From Geosiphon pyriformis uo1 (Eukaryota > Fungi > Glomeromycota), in the NCBI GenBank assembly GCA_016748015.1, contig JAAOMT010000128.1, positions 1,991,538-2,055,537 on the forward strand: a stretch of DNA of 64,000 bases, written 5' to 3'. A program made the translations under genes and the position numbers. Below, piece after piece: positions 27,737 to 40,482 of the stretch; the first letter of the stretch is position 1, and each line of letters begins with the position of its first letter. The notes under the pieces were generated by a model. It searched no databases, was not told the DNA's origin, and saw only the letters and a list, made by a program, of their open reading frames with translations.

Positions 27737-30700
27737 ATGTCTACTCTAGATGAAAGTCAACAATACTTGGCCACGCTGGCCACGCTTCTAAAGCAAACTA
27801 TTGACCCGCGCACGAGAAAGCAAGGTATAGAATTTTCTCTTTGTTTTGCAATGTTCTTTTTCACTTGATCTTGTAGACTAACACTTTTTATGACTCTCTC
27901 TCTCAGCCGAAGCAGAATTAACAACTGCAGAGCAACAACGGTTAGACTTTCCCATTGCTGTTCTCCAACTTGTTGCGTCTGAAGGCTCTGAACAAATAAT
28001 ACGACAGGCCTCTGCATTATTTTTCAAAAACTATATTAAGAGAAACTGGGTTCCGGTAAGCAATGTTTTAATGATATTACATCGTGTTTAGTAACCTCAA
28101 TAATAATAATGGATTTTTACACTTGATCTAGGAAGATGATTCCAACAAGCTCACGGACGAAAATCGAGAGTGGATCAAGGAAAACATTGTCAATATATTA
28201 GTCGGTGTACCTAATTATCTTCAATATGGACTGATCGATTCGGTGGTTATCATAGCTAAAAATGATTTTCCTGAAAATTGGCCAAATCTGATTAAGGTAG
28301 GTTACATTTTTAAAAGATAAATCCGATATTGCTAGTAATAATCTTCTTTGGTATGTAAATTTAGCAATTGATCAGCAAACTATCAACTGAAGATTTTAGT
28401 CGCAATAACATCATTTTGGAAACGGCACATTCGATATTCAAAAGGCTTGTGGCTAGTTCTACTTGAAATCTTTCATAAATGACATACTAAAATTATTATT
28501 TCTTATAATTAAAAAGATGGCGACATGAATTCCGCTCTGATCCCCTATTCAGCGAAATCAACTATGTGTTAAGTCAGTTTTGCGAGCCATACTTTCAATT
28601 GTTTCAGGCATGATTTCTTTTCTTGAATCTTGAAAAGATTATTGCAAAAAATTTAACTTCTAATTTACCGTCCCAGACAATTGACGTGTTGATCACTCAA
28701 AATTCTGCCAACGGCTCGTTAATCGGCATATTAACCCAGACCCTTCTCTTCTTAACCAAGATTTTTTATGATCTTAATTGTCAAGATTTACCGCCGTTTT
28801 TCGAAGATCATATCGAGGAATGCATGAATATTTTTCATAAATATTTAACTTATTCCAACCCTTTTCTGGAATCTTCGGTGAGCTGTTTTGCGTATTTTCG
28901 TTACAATATTTGCTACCTTATTTGAAGATAACACTCTTATGTTATAATATATTTTCTCAGGATGAGAATGAAGCTGGGCCATTAGAGAAAGTAAAATCTT
29001 CTATTTGCGAGGTTGTATCTCTTTATACCGGAAAATATGAAGATACATTTACTATGCTGCCGAAATTTGTCGAAACTATTTGGACTCTACTTACCACAAC
29101 TAGATTAGAACAAAAATACGATGTCGTGGGTATATTTTAAATTCGTGTTTTCGACAATCTTGTTATTTATTAATGAATTTCTATTTTTTAAGTTGTTATC
29201 TCGAGCCATGGGGTTTTTGACAACGGTTGTAAAGCTAGAAAGATATAGGAATCTCTTTGAAAATACAGAAACTTTAAAGCAATTTTGCGAAAGAATAATT
29301 CTTCCTAATATGTCTCTGAGAGGTTTGTTGCTGATAATAGCGCAATCTGGCCACGCTGGAAGAATTAATCTTTCAAATCTCAAAGCCTCTAATTTGGATT
29401 AACAAACAGCTTCTGATGAAGAATTATTCACAGAAGATCCAATAGAATATATTAGAAGGGATCTCGAAGGCTCGGGTGAGTAGTGTCTTTTTACTTAGAT
29501 GCACTCGTGTATTTATTTGTCGTCTAATTTTCGCACATTTTACATTTTCTTCAGATAGTGATACCCGGCGAAGAGCTGCAACTGACTTCGTCAGAGGCCT
29601 TATGATTCTTTATTTGCAACAAATTACTCAAATTATAGGATCATACATTACACACTATCTTCAGGTTTGAACTCTACAATCAAGTATTCACAAGCCAAAA
29701 ATTTGTCTTTCACTTTAATTTATCACGATATCATGGATAGCGATATAAAGAGAACCCGGCTCTTTGGAAAGAAAAAGATACAGCGATTTATCTTTTGACG
29801 TCGATAGCGGCGCAAGGTTCTGCTACCAAAGTAAGTAATGACATCCGAAAATTGGTTGCTATTTGTGATTTATTGACTTCTAATATCTTTTTGCCATTTC
29901 AGCATGGTGTGACTCAAGTTAACGTGTTTGTAAATGTTGTTGAATGGTTCTCAACCAATGTTCTCCCAGACTTGCAAACACCTGTTGATTCAGAGCCTGC
30001 TGTGTTGAAAGTAGACGCTATCAAGTATTTGTATACCTTTAGAAATCAAGTAAATCTCATTTATTGATACAAGTAACCACTTTAATGTACCAGTCACTTT
30101 TTTTTACTTATCAAATGATTGCTTGCAGATGTCCAAAGACCAGTTGATTGCTGTATTTCCATCACTCATTAAACACTTATCATCCACAAACTACGTCGTC
30201 CATACCTATGGTGCCATCGCAATTGAACGAATCTTATTCATGCGTAAAGACAATGTGATGATGTGAGTACATAAATTTCTCGCATTTCCGATCATCGTGC
30301 TCGAAAGATGTGTTTTTGAAACGACATATCCGCTAATTTTTAAACAGATTTGGGCCCTCAGATATTCAAGAACACGTTCAGATCCTCCTCGTGAGTCTCT
30401 TTCGATTGATTGAAGCTGGGACTACACCTGAGACATTGGCAGAGAATGATTACCTAATGAAAAGTAAATTTTCACTTCTCTATCAGATTTTTGAGGCGAT
30501 TTTTTTCCTAACATAAAAATTTGTATTGGCGTAGCGATAATGCGAGTTATTTTCACATCTCGTGAAAGCATAGCACCTCTGGCACCCGAAGTAATTGGAC
30601 ATTTGAGCAAGATATTAGGGGAAATCAGCAAGAACCCAAGTAACCCTCGATTTAATCATTACGTTTTTGAATCGATTGGTGCTTTAGTTAGGTAGAATAG

Positions 30701-32296
30701 GCTATTCCTCGAACAGAATTATTTTATTATCTACCTGGGTCTTGATAAATAAATACCTTCACTTTCTAAATTCAAGGTTCTGCTGTCCCGATAAGCCTCA
30801 AGCATTGGCTCTCTTTGAAAACTCTCTTTTCCCATCATTTGATTTCATTCTTCGTCAGGACGTAGTAGGTGAGCATCCATTCATTTCACTGTATCATTAT
30901 CTTTTCTTGGTGAATAATTTTATATTTGTTTCAAAGAGTTCATTCCATACATATTTCAAATATTGTCCCAACTACTGGAATGCCATACGGAACATGATCT
31001 GCCTCAAATGTATCGTGACATGCTGCCTGGAATTTTGATGCCGAATATTTGGAATTCACCCGGTAAAAATTAGAATTTGGAAATGCACCTTTCGCGATAA
31101 AGATTGATTATTTATAAATAACAAAATAACAAAACCATTTACAATGTAGGAAATGTTCCTGCGTTGGTTCGATGGCTCCAGGCCTATCTCTATCGTGGGT
31201 CCGCTTCCATAGTTGCCGAAAACCAACTTGTACCAATACTGGGAATCTTTCAAAAATTGCTTGCCTCCAAAGCAAATGATCAATACGGTCTTGAACTACT
31301 TACTACTATAGTAGAACATGTGCCCATGTGAGTTGAAAGATGTGTTGAAATAGATTTCAAGTATCTTCATGAAAAACACTTAATAATATTCCTACTTGCC
31401 TACAATCAAGAGGACATTTAGATCAATACATGCAACCAATATTGACACTCATCTTGAGAAAGATTTCAAGTGTTACCGGCCAAAAAAACAAAAATGAGAA
31501 ATTCATAATGGGCTTTGTGAATTTCTTTTGTTACTTCATTGCTTTGGAGAAAGAAGGCGGTGGTCCTGATTACCTTATATCTGCGACTGAGAATATTCAA
31601 TCTGGGTATTAATCTTAAAGTAATTGTGATAAGCAAAGAAAAGTAAAAATTTTACTAATACGCTTCTTAATAATCTTTAGGTTGTTTTCCCAAATATTAA
31701 ACAACATCATTATTTCGAATTTACAAAAAGTTCAAGGTGAACTGCCACGACATATATGTGCTGTGGCTATGACGCACCTTTTGACGCATAGTAACACGAT
31801 GCTAACGACGGAATTCATTGAGCACTGGTACTATGTATGATTTTTTTGTTCAAATAATTCTTCCGATTTATATTGTAAAGCTTAATTTTTATTCAATTTT
31901 TAGGCCTAATATTTTAACTGCTTTGATCAAACTCTTCGAGGCGCCTGTTGAGATTGACAACGAAGTAAAAACTGAGGAACAATTCTACGATTTTGATCTG
32001 GAAGAAGATCGAGAATTCTCTGCTGCATTTGCCAAGCTAGCAACTGCAAGTAAACCAAAGCAGGATCCAACGGGAGTTACTAATGCAAAATTCTACCTGG
32101 CGCAATCAGTGCAAACTTTGAGTCGAACGCATCCTGGGAAGGTAGTTGTATTTTACATTTACAAATCACTACACTTTAAATCTAACCATAATAATCTTTT
32201 TAGATTTCGGATATGGTTGAAAAGGAAATTCCAACAGAATGTAATTTGTACCTTGGTCAGTATATGGCAGCTGCAGGTCTAGGTTCATTACGTTAG
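27737..32296 (+). CDS. CSE1: Exportin-2 / importin-alpha export receptor, about 21 introns
   Basis: Motifs [123 protein letters not shown]. Confidence 0.98.
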
Positions 32297-35294
32297 AAAT
32301 GGAAATAAGAAAGTCGATTTTACTTCTCATCAAAATCTCTGATTAAAAAAAGTGTCTTTAGATTCTTACTATTAATTTCTCATACTAATCCTTCGATATC
32401 CAGCCACTATGTAACTCCTTTTAGTATTTATAGTTATTTCATATAAGAAAATATTACACTTGAATAAAATCCTCCGAATCTAATACCAGATTTAATGAAT
32501 ATAACAAGTTAAATTTAATTTCCAACAAAGTTGATCATTATATGTTAAGGATCAAGGAAATTTCCCGGAATCTCCAATATTAAAGTTTGGTTCCTTCAGA
32601 TATGGTACGTCAAAGTTGAAAACCGCACACAATAATCAAAATTGGAAATTTCAGCTATTCATAGAACGAACTTTCTGGAATTGCATGACAGGAATAATGG
32701 ATCATGATCTTCGTCGACTCCTTAATCTACAGTACTACCGGATTGTAAAATTTCGGCAAATGTTTCATCGCCCTTTTCCACACGGTGACATCTTTTTACA
32801 AAAAAGGCAATCGGTAATTGACCACATGCAAATTCTTGGTGCCAAACAAGTTTTCTTGACCGCGAAGTGGGGTAGACTAGTTATGCTGAATCGATTGGTG
32901 ATTCAAAAAAATTCTCAATGTTTGTGATACTCTCCTGGCAACCTTTTGTCTCACCAAGGAAACGGAGTTTTATATTATTGTGATAGAACCAACCGATTTC
33001 CATTATTTACTGCCAATTATAACACTGTATAACAGTAAAGGATACAATGCAAAATTAAGTGTAACACAATGTAATTTGTTCCCATAAGCGAGCAGAAATC
33101 CGGGGTAAATTGATTTGGTTGGTTTATAAAGAGAATGCGTTGTTTGTTTATACGTAGATAGATTTCTTGCATTATTTTCTGATTTTTAGAGGTTGAAGGA
33201 CGAAAATTTTGAATCCCAGGTGGAATTCAACCAACTGAAGATTTAACGCCAGTCTTGCGACATTGTGATAGCCAATGTTCTTTGGATTCTGATCCATGGT
33301 ATTAATTTGCCGCTTGGGACACAATCAAAAATCAAAATTTTTTTTTTGAATGTGTAGATCCTAAATTTTAGTTAGCCTGTAAAGCATAAACATATGATTG
33401 TTTTTAATGAGAGATAACAACTGTCATCATCATCTCGATGGGAAAGGAACGAAACAAATTGTTGATTCATTCTTTTTTAACTTGGTCACTTCACAATGCA
33501 GATAAATGTGCATAAAAAGGACCGAACTCTTTATATAGACTAATAGAACAAGGCCCTGATAATGGAGAAGATCCAATGAGAATGTAATTTAAGGTAAAAG
33601 ATGAATTCGTGTTAGCTGATGAGTGGATCACTTTTAATATTTTATGAATCGTTAAGACACAATGATCGACGACAAGAAATAAGCCTCAACATTGATTGGT
33701 ACCCACCTGGATGGCGTGAGAGGGTATGCTGAAGATGGTGTTTATCATTCAAGAATTGACAAAATAAAGGATCTTTGAAAATTAAACGGAATAATGTATC
33801 GTGTGTAAAGAGTTTCTAAAGGTAGTTTGTTTATCATTAATATTTTCAATCAATATCTTGGGGGAAATATAACAAGAATTTTACAAAACAGTTTCGAAAA
33901 AGGCCCTCATTTTAACGTGCATACCAGGTTGTTTTAAGTGGAACACAGTGGTTATTTTAGTGCAACGGCTAAGAACGTTTTATCGAAAACAAAAACTTTG
34001 ATTCTCTAAAAGGTACAGTGCAGTATATTTGTTTCTTAAAGCTTTATAGAACTTACGATAACCAATAGGAGAAGATTTTTAAATATGTTGGATATTTAAG
34101 ATTGAATTTTTTGTTCCAAAATTTTTACCTCATTTATTTAAAAGTTTGTATTTGTATATGTCAAGGATGCAGGAGATTTCATCACTCTAAATAATTGAAA
34201 AGCTCTGTTCATATTTATCTTTTGTTGTATCGTTAATTGAATTTTATTAATATCGTGATATTTATTAGAAGTTAAATACTTAATTAGTGAATGAATGGTA
34301 CAATTTTTCTTGGCCGAAGCATCATTTGGTTTCGATATCAGTAATTCATAAAAAATGAGTCATCAAGATCCGACACAATTCTTGGTTTATTCAGGTTTAG
34401 AATGTAGATTTGAGCCCATTACGTTTCTCGGAAATATATCATTACCTATTAATAAAAGATGATTCGCGATGTCAAAATTTTTTCGGTAGTGTGTTGCTCG
34501 GGTATTTGTTTGTGTTCCAAAGGTTATGGGACCGGTAGGGCGATACATGTTTTTTGTGTTTGTGCTCAGTCGGTAAAAATTTGATTTTCCTTAACCCCAC
34601 ATTTTTGTGAAAGGCCCAAAAGTGACCACCAGATCATAAATCATGATGTTACAAAAATTTTCCTTGAAGATATACTTCTAAGAATAAAGATGTTGTCATC
34701 ATTTCAATTTACCCTCCTCTGAACCGGTTTATATTAGTTTTAGTATCTTTATTATGGTAAATTTCTTTCTCCTTTTTCAATCTTTAGAGATCGGATAAAA
34801 CTGATGAGTAAAATTTAACTTGTCTGTAAAAAGAAACAAGTGACTCTCTCGATTTGAACAACCCCAAATTTTTATGTGGGAAAACGGTGTGTAATTTCTA
34901 CATACCGTTTCTGTTATGTTGGGTTTCTGCATCTGGTGTAACTTTGTGATACATTCAGTTTCCTTTTCGGTGTCATATTTGATAGCATGACGTATACTTC
35001 CCTTACTATTTTTGATATATCATAAGGTAGTGCAAACATTGTTTAAGGGCTCATAACGTTATCCCCTTTTCTTGAGAAACCATCCTCCTCCCCCTAATTG
35101 AAATAAATCGGTACTACGCCGCTTGTCACTCATCCCCCAAACAGCAAAAAACCAGGTGAAAAAGGTATCTCTCACTGCACAGTTACCACCCAAACCCAAC
35201 TTACCAGTTTACCTCACCGTACAGAGTAAACAACACAAACTTAGAGTGTCCGGCAACCGACTGACAGACTAACACTCAAAAAATAGACAGCACC

Positions 35295-36713
35295 ATGGTG
35301 AACAACCAACCACCAAGCTTTCAAACGACAGCACCAAACTTGCGCTCGCAAACTATGCAATTCCCAAACAACTTAAACCCTTCCATCCCACCTCAGTCGG
35401 CTCAAACCAGACAAAATCTGCAGGTATGTCTCGCATGTGAAAACGTGATGTTTTACACGTAAAAGACTATTGGAGTGGGTTTTACCAAGAATATAGACTC
35501 TATGGAGAGAGAGGCTACGAAAAATAGAAAGTGGAGGCTATGAACTAAGAGTTTTCAAAGCAACTCTTTTGGTCAAAGTACAGAGGATTATGAAGAAACT
35601 GCTGAAAAAGGGTTGACAAGGGACTGTTGAGCACTTTAGCAAAAGTATAAACGTGTTTAGCAGACAAACGCATAAATTATATTCCTGGAAGCTGGTTCAA
35701 CATTGAATTGAACAAATCAATTGAGACTTGATCAAACATTTTATACTCAAAAATCTCAAGACGCAATTTTTTTGTCTTTTTATTCCTCTTTAAACCCAGT
35801 ATCAGCCTAACACCGAGAAGAGACGACAAAAAATGTCACAAAATTCACAGAGAAAAAATCTTGTGGACAAGGACCCTAAGGCAGACTGTGAAAGGGAAAA
35901 AGTACGTATTTAATTTTCAAGAAACGCGTCTCCGTATTCACTTATCTCTTCATATTTTAAACATTTTTGTCCTCATTTGATAGCATCAACTCAAATCCTT
36001 AATGGAAAAGTATGGATCCAACACAAAAGTCTCGGAAGATTTAGACACCCAGGCAACCTTAATCCGTCGCAAAATCGAAAAGCTGACTGCCCATATCAAA
36101 AGCAAAGTTAGTAATCCTCTCAGCAGCATAATTTTTGGAATTTGCATTTTATTTTTGCACATTTAATCATTTAAATTGCATAATGACACTAGGAATTACA
36201 AGTATCACCAAGACCGCAGCAGCAGCAGCAGCAAACTCCACCTCAACCACAAGTTAAACCAGTTCGAAATCCAGCTGAATTATCCTTATGGCAGAGTTTC
36301 TTCACTTTGCTTTGGATACCTTTCCAGATTCTGTTTCAACTCCTCAGAGTAATATATCGAGCCTTGAACTGGAATCTAATCTTAATTTCACTGTTATTCG
36401 TTGAACTCGGAGTTATTGCTCTTATTTGGGGGTTAGTGATGAGAAATTTTCCTCTACATCGAAATTCCCGTTGCTGTTGCTTCATAAAAAATTTCCTTTT
36501 CCCGTACACAGTGTCCGAAGATCTTCATATAATTCCGCATACTCTGACCCTTATGAGGCAGTTATACACGGAACCTATGGCATAGAACAATCATCCTTAT
36601 GGTCTACGTTATTTTGGTCATCAATGGAAATAATACAAGATTTTTTTGGTGAAGTAATAAGTGGTGGTCGAGGATTTGGCAGCCCCAACTATAGCGGTCA
36701 TGTCCCCATATGA
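35295..36713 (+). CDS. Hypothetical coiled-coil protein with C-terminal transmembrane segment; exons ~35295-35422, 35800-35901, 35984-36106, 36192-36431, 36512-36713
   Basis: Consistent GT-AG spliced frame. Q-rich linker, hydrophobic stretch LILISLLFVELGVIALIWG, tail ending GHVPI*. The start codon is uncertain. Confidence 0.72.
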
Positions 36714-37958
36714 TAATCAGCGAGGTAGAGAGGACGATGAATTCTTGATCTGGGTCATTTTTCAACACATCAATACCCGGGACAATATCAGTGCGCTAAT
36801 TTAATTCCTTCGATAAAGGATAAAGGAGTTATTACTCTTCATAAATTGGATGGCTCACAAGCTTTCCCTCTTCTTTACGATTGTAAATATTGCTTTTCTC
36901 TCTTTGTTGTACTTTTTTTATTACCTTTCTTTAGATTGTTTTTTTACTTGTTTTTTAGTTTTTCCCCTATAATTTTTTTGCACATACACTTTTCCCCGCA
37001 CATACATACCTACACATACACTTTGTCAATTGCACAAACACACAACACACATACACAAGCATTCGCAATGGTTCTCCTCTGTTTTGCTTTTACTGCATTC
37101 TTTTCGACTGCAGTAATTTGAAGCAACAAAGAACATCAACTTTTAAAATTTTAATGTTCGAAATTTACAAATCCCTTGTGCAAGAATCGACAAAAATACA
37201 CCTCTGTTTTTGGAAGAAGTCTCAACGAATCCGTCAAGTGCTGGAGTTGATTAACTAGATTTGCTGTCGTTACGCCAAAGACTCTCACCTACTTACGCAC
37301 GCCGTATATCCATTGGGCTGGCCGGAGGTCAGTTTGGTCAATGAGAGGATATGGCTTTCGCTTCAAGGATTATTTTAAAAACTGAGCTTTTGGATTACTG
37401 GTTAGTCTAGTTATATAAATTCTCCAGATTTTGAAATTTATTTCCAACTAATTTCCTTGGAAATCATGCTTATTTGTTTTTTGAAAATTAGAGAATTGCT
37501 GCTTCGATACCATATTGAGCCTAAGGGAATATTATCTTTCTGTGGAAAAGTTTTCATGCGCACTCCACGATTCAATTTATTTTACTATCCATGGTTATGA
37601 GTAGAAACTGTTGGCTCCTTATCGTGTCTTGGCAACCTATAATTGAGGTTGATCCATCTATACAGCAACATCGGTTTTCATTTCAAATAATCTTTCGCAC
37701 GGATTGCATTTTTCCAATAACAGTAACCCTTTTTTATTTAAATCAATCGCAAATAAATTTGCATAAAGAAGCATTTTGCTTCTGTTTCTCTTTGGTGATT
37801 AATTTTAATTATTTTCGTGAGGTATCGTGGTCACAATGATCGGCTTTTTAGTAATATTTGCTCAGATCATGATTTACATTATTAAAGATCTGAATATCGA
37901 TTGATAAATCCCTTGTATCTTGTGTGTGTATATCACAAGTATAATAAGATAGAAGACC

Positions 37959-38137
37959 CTCCTTAACATCCTAGCCCGCTTCATTTGAGCAAAATCGAAG
38001 CTAGGGCTTTATCCGAAGGAGTAAATTAAAGGCCAATGGGTCAAAAATGGAACTGCGTCTGAAGAAAATTCTTTAGACAATAAGATCCAATTTTGTATTT
38101 CAAAATGCTCAACATTAAAGAACCCACCATAACACGT
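37959..38137 (+). ncRNA. Candidate H/ACA-like structured RNA
   Basis: Stem CTCCTT/AAGGAG, an internal loop, then stem CCTAGC/GCTAGG. ANANNA (AAATTA) at 38023-38028. Second folded domain with a 10-bp stem (38057-38078) and ACA at 38132-38134. No target identified. Confidence 0.3.
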
Positions 38138-38797
38138 GGTGTTTTTTTGGTTTTGATTGACGCTCTCATCAATTCCAAATGAACGGGAAAAATAAGACAA
38201 TTTTAGTTTTTCCCCGATGAGAAATTAAAAAAACGTGGTGCTCAACCCGTCAAACATGTTGTGTTTGATCATGCACTTTTAATTTAATTAAGAAATGTTT
38301 TTTGATGACACTTGTGTAATAACGTAGTGTCTTCTTCAATCATCGTATGTACCAAATTATAGTCTTATTGTAATTTCGTATTTAGCTACTAGTAAATGAA
38401 CGAAATCTGATTTGACGAAATTAGACAGATATATATCATATTGTCCTATGAATGAAAGACATATTATTTATATCTACTTTTTTGGTGGATGGGGAATTCT
38501 ATATTTACAAAATCAACTAATGATTTTGATTCTTTGAATAAAATTAATTCTTTACTCCAGTTTAATCCTTCCGATATTGATATTTTTGTCAAATAGTGCT
38601 GCTATGTAACATAATCTTTTCTTTGGGAAGTTGAGCTTTTAGCTGTAAAAATTTTTGTTCCAAAGTATTAGCTCAAGTATTACATGATTTCCTTCTCTGT
38701 CGCTATTTTACTTTTTGTCTTTCTTCATCACTATTTTAATATTCACTGATTATCGACTCATTTCCTCTGTTGAAACTTGTGGTCACTCATTACCATT

Positions 38798-40336
38798 TTA
38801 TAACTTCCCAAATATTTTATCTATTTCTCTTAAACCAAATACGTATTCTTCATTGGTATTTTTTACTGTTTGTGATTGCTCAATATTTTGATCTTTTTCA
38901 TTTGGTAGCCTTTCTTCTTCAAAATTACATATATCTTTTGGGTTATCTACATTGTCCTTCAGCTCAAATGTCTCTTTTTTTGGATTTGTAGGGATTTTCA
39001 CCTCAGTAGATTTTTTTATGTTTGGTGATTTGTCTAATTGTTCTATTTCTTTTACTAGGGAAGTATCCGGTGCAATGTGCATATGATGCTTCAGTTTCAC
39101 TAAATCCACTATTAAAGAGTTAATAGGAGTCGGTATCCCATATTTTTGACCCAATCTTACAATATATCCATTAACATATTGAATGTCAGTTAACCCACCA
39201 TTTTGTATTCGATGGACCATTGGCGACCAATGTGACGGCTTCTCTCGGCATTCTTTATACACAGCATCAATTAAGCGCCTTATGCGCCATGTATTGAATT
39301 GAGGAAGCCCGATAGCTTGACGATGAGACTCCAACACACAAGAACATTCTTCGCAAATCGCTTGAATTAGACGGTTTGCAGGTGGACGATCACATAGGCC
39401 TTCATAGTTGACGTCAAAAATTGTTGATAGGGGATGTAAGCAACAGTCAACCGCGAGCTGCGTTAACATGAGTTTCTGCAGCTCAGAGAAGCTAACATGT
39501 TTTACATTTAGCTCCCATACTTGATCAAGCGCCCTTATGGTTTGGTTTACATTATGAGCTCGTATTTTGTTCAAGTCCTCGTCTTCGGAAAATACAACAT
39601 GGTCTGTTATTCTTATTATTGTTTTTGACCTATTATATAACGGTAGCTGGTTGAAAACTAATGGCTCATGGGAGGTGTATTGCACTTTTTCTTGCGATAT
39701 TTTAGGCGGTAAAGGTGAACCATATGATTTTGCTTTGGATTTTTCTGCTGATTTTTTTGTAATATCGCTAAAATTTTTGCTGTCAGCCAATGTAGGAAAA
39801 GCCAAGTATAATTCACCTTTGTTATTCTTCAAATCGACATGGTAATCTCCTTTTGAATAGACTTGATGCGTCAATTTTCCTAACAAGAAATTTGGCCTGG
39901 TAGCTTCGTCAACAAAGAATCCATTCAGTAATTCTTCATAAACGCCCATCCCTTCAGTCAACAGCACAATAGTAGTTTGTGGTCCCATTCTATGAAACAA
40001 ACGTTTCATTATATTGCGTACAGAGTAAGGCGCGATGGTAATTATCAGATTCTGAATAAATTTATTAGGCGTAACAGGGGCTTTGAGAAAATGAGCCTCT
40101 AGCGTATCTTCCACATCGTGAACATTAAGGTGTTCACAACTGAACTGGTAAGCGGGTCTGTTGACACCATCATGGTTCTTCAGTGTTATCGTTTTGTTAC
40201 GTCTGACGAATACTTTGACCGCTTCGTAGTCTTTTACCAATAATGTAACTTCATGTCGAAGTTTCTTTAAGTGATGGGCAAGAAAGTTTCCGGTAGCGGT
40301 AGACCCAAGCACGTGAAAGCGTTGCATCGTTGACAT
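38798..40336 (-). CDS. Ketopantoate reductase (PanE/ApbA)-like protein, single exon, catalytic motifs degenerate
   Basis: FHVLGSTATG (Rossmann), TTIVLLTEGMG, QLAVDCCLHPLS, SPMVHRI..GGLTDIQYVNGYIVRLGQKYGIPTPIN. First ATG at 40336. Confidence 0.9.
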   Translation of the reverse strand: MSTMQRFHVLGSTATGNFLAHHLKKLRHEVTLLVKDYEAVKVFVRRNKTITLKNHDGVNRPAYQFSCEHLNVHDVEDTLEAHFLKAPVTPNKFIQNLIITIAPYSVRNIMKRLFHRMGPQTTIVLLTEGMGVYEELLNGFFVDEATRPNFLLGKLTHQVYSKGDYHVDLKNNKGELYLAFPTLADSKNFSDITKKSAEKSKAKSYGSPLPPKISQEKVQYTSHEPLVFNQLPLYNRSKTIIRITDHVVFSEDEDLNKIRAHNVNQTIRALDQVWELNVKHVSFSELQKLMLTQLAVDCCLHPLSTIFDVNYEGLCDRPPANRLIQAICEECSCVLESHRQAIGLPQFNTWRIRRLIDAVYKECREKPSHWSPMVHRIQNGGLTDIQYVNGYIVRLGQKYGIPTPINSLIVDLVKLKHHMHIAPDTSLVKEIEQLDKSPNIKKSTEVKIPTNPKKETFELKDNVDNPKDICNFEEERLPNEKDQNIEQSQTVKNTNEEYVFGLREIDKIFGKL

Positions 40337-40482
40337 GGGAAGACAGTTTTGATCCACTTCGCAAGCATAATAAATTTATTTTCTGAGGATTGCAAAAAAT
40401 TTAATTTTGCAGATCTACATCTATGGTGATCAATACAAATATGAGTTTCGACCAATCTGTATCACCTTTTATTGGATCCAAG

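Noticed and set aside
32616-32927. 103-aa plus-strand ORF
   Set aside because: Non-ATG start and no recognisable motif or splice context.
34491-34560. Hairpin GTGTTGCTC/GGGCGATAC ending near ACA
   Set aside because: Single GU-rich hairpin, no partner hairpin or H box, and spacing does not fit H/ACA.
36846-37121. Hydrophobic 91-aa ORF
   Set aside because: It arises from T-rich and CA-rich low-complexity sequence, probably 3' UTR.
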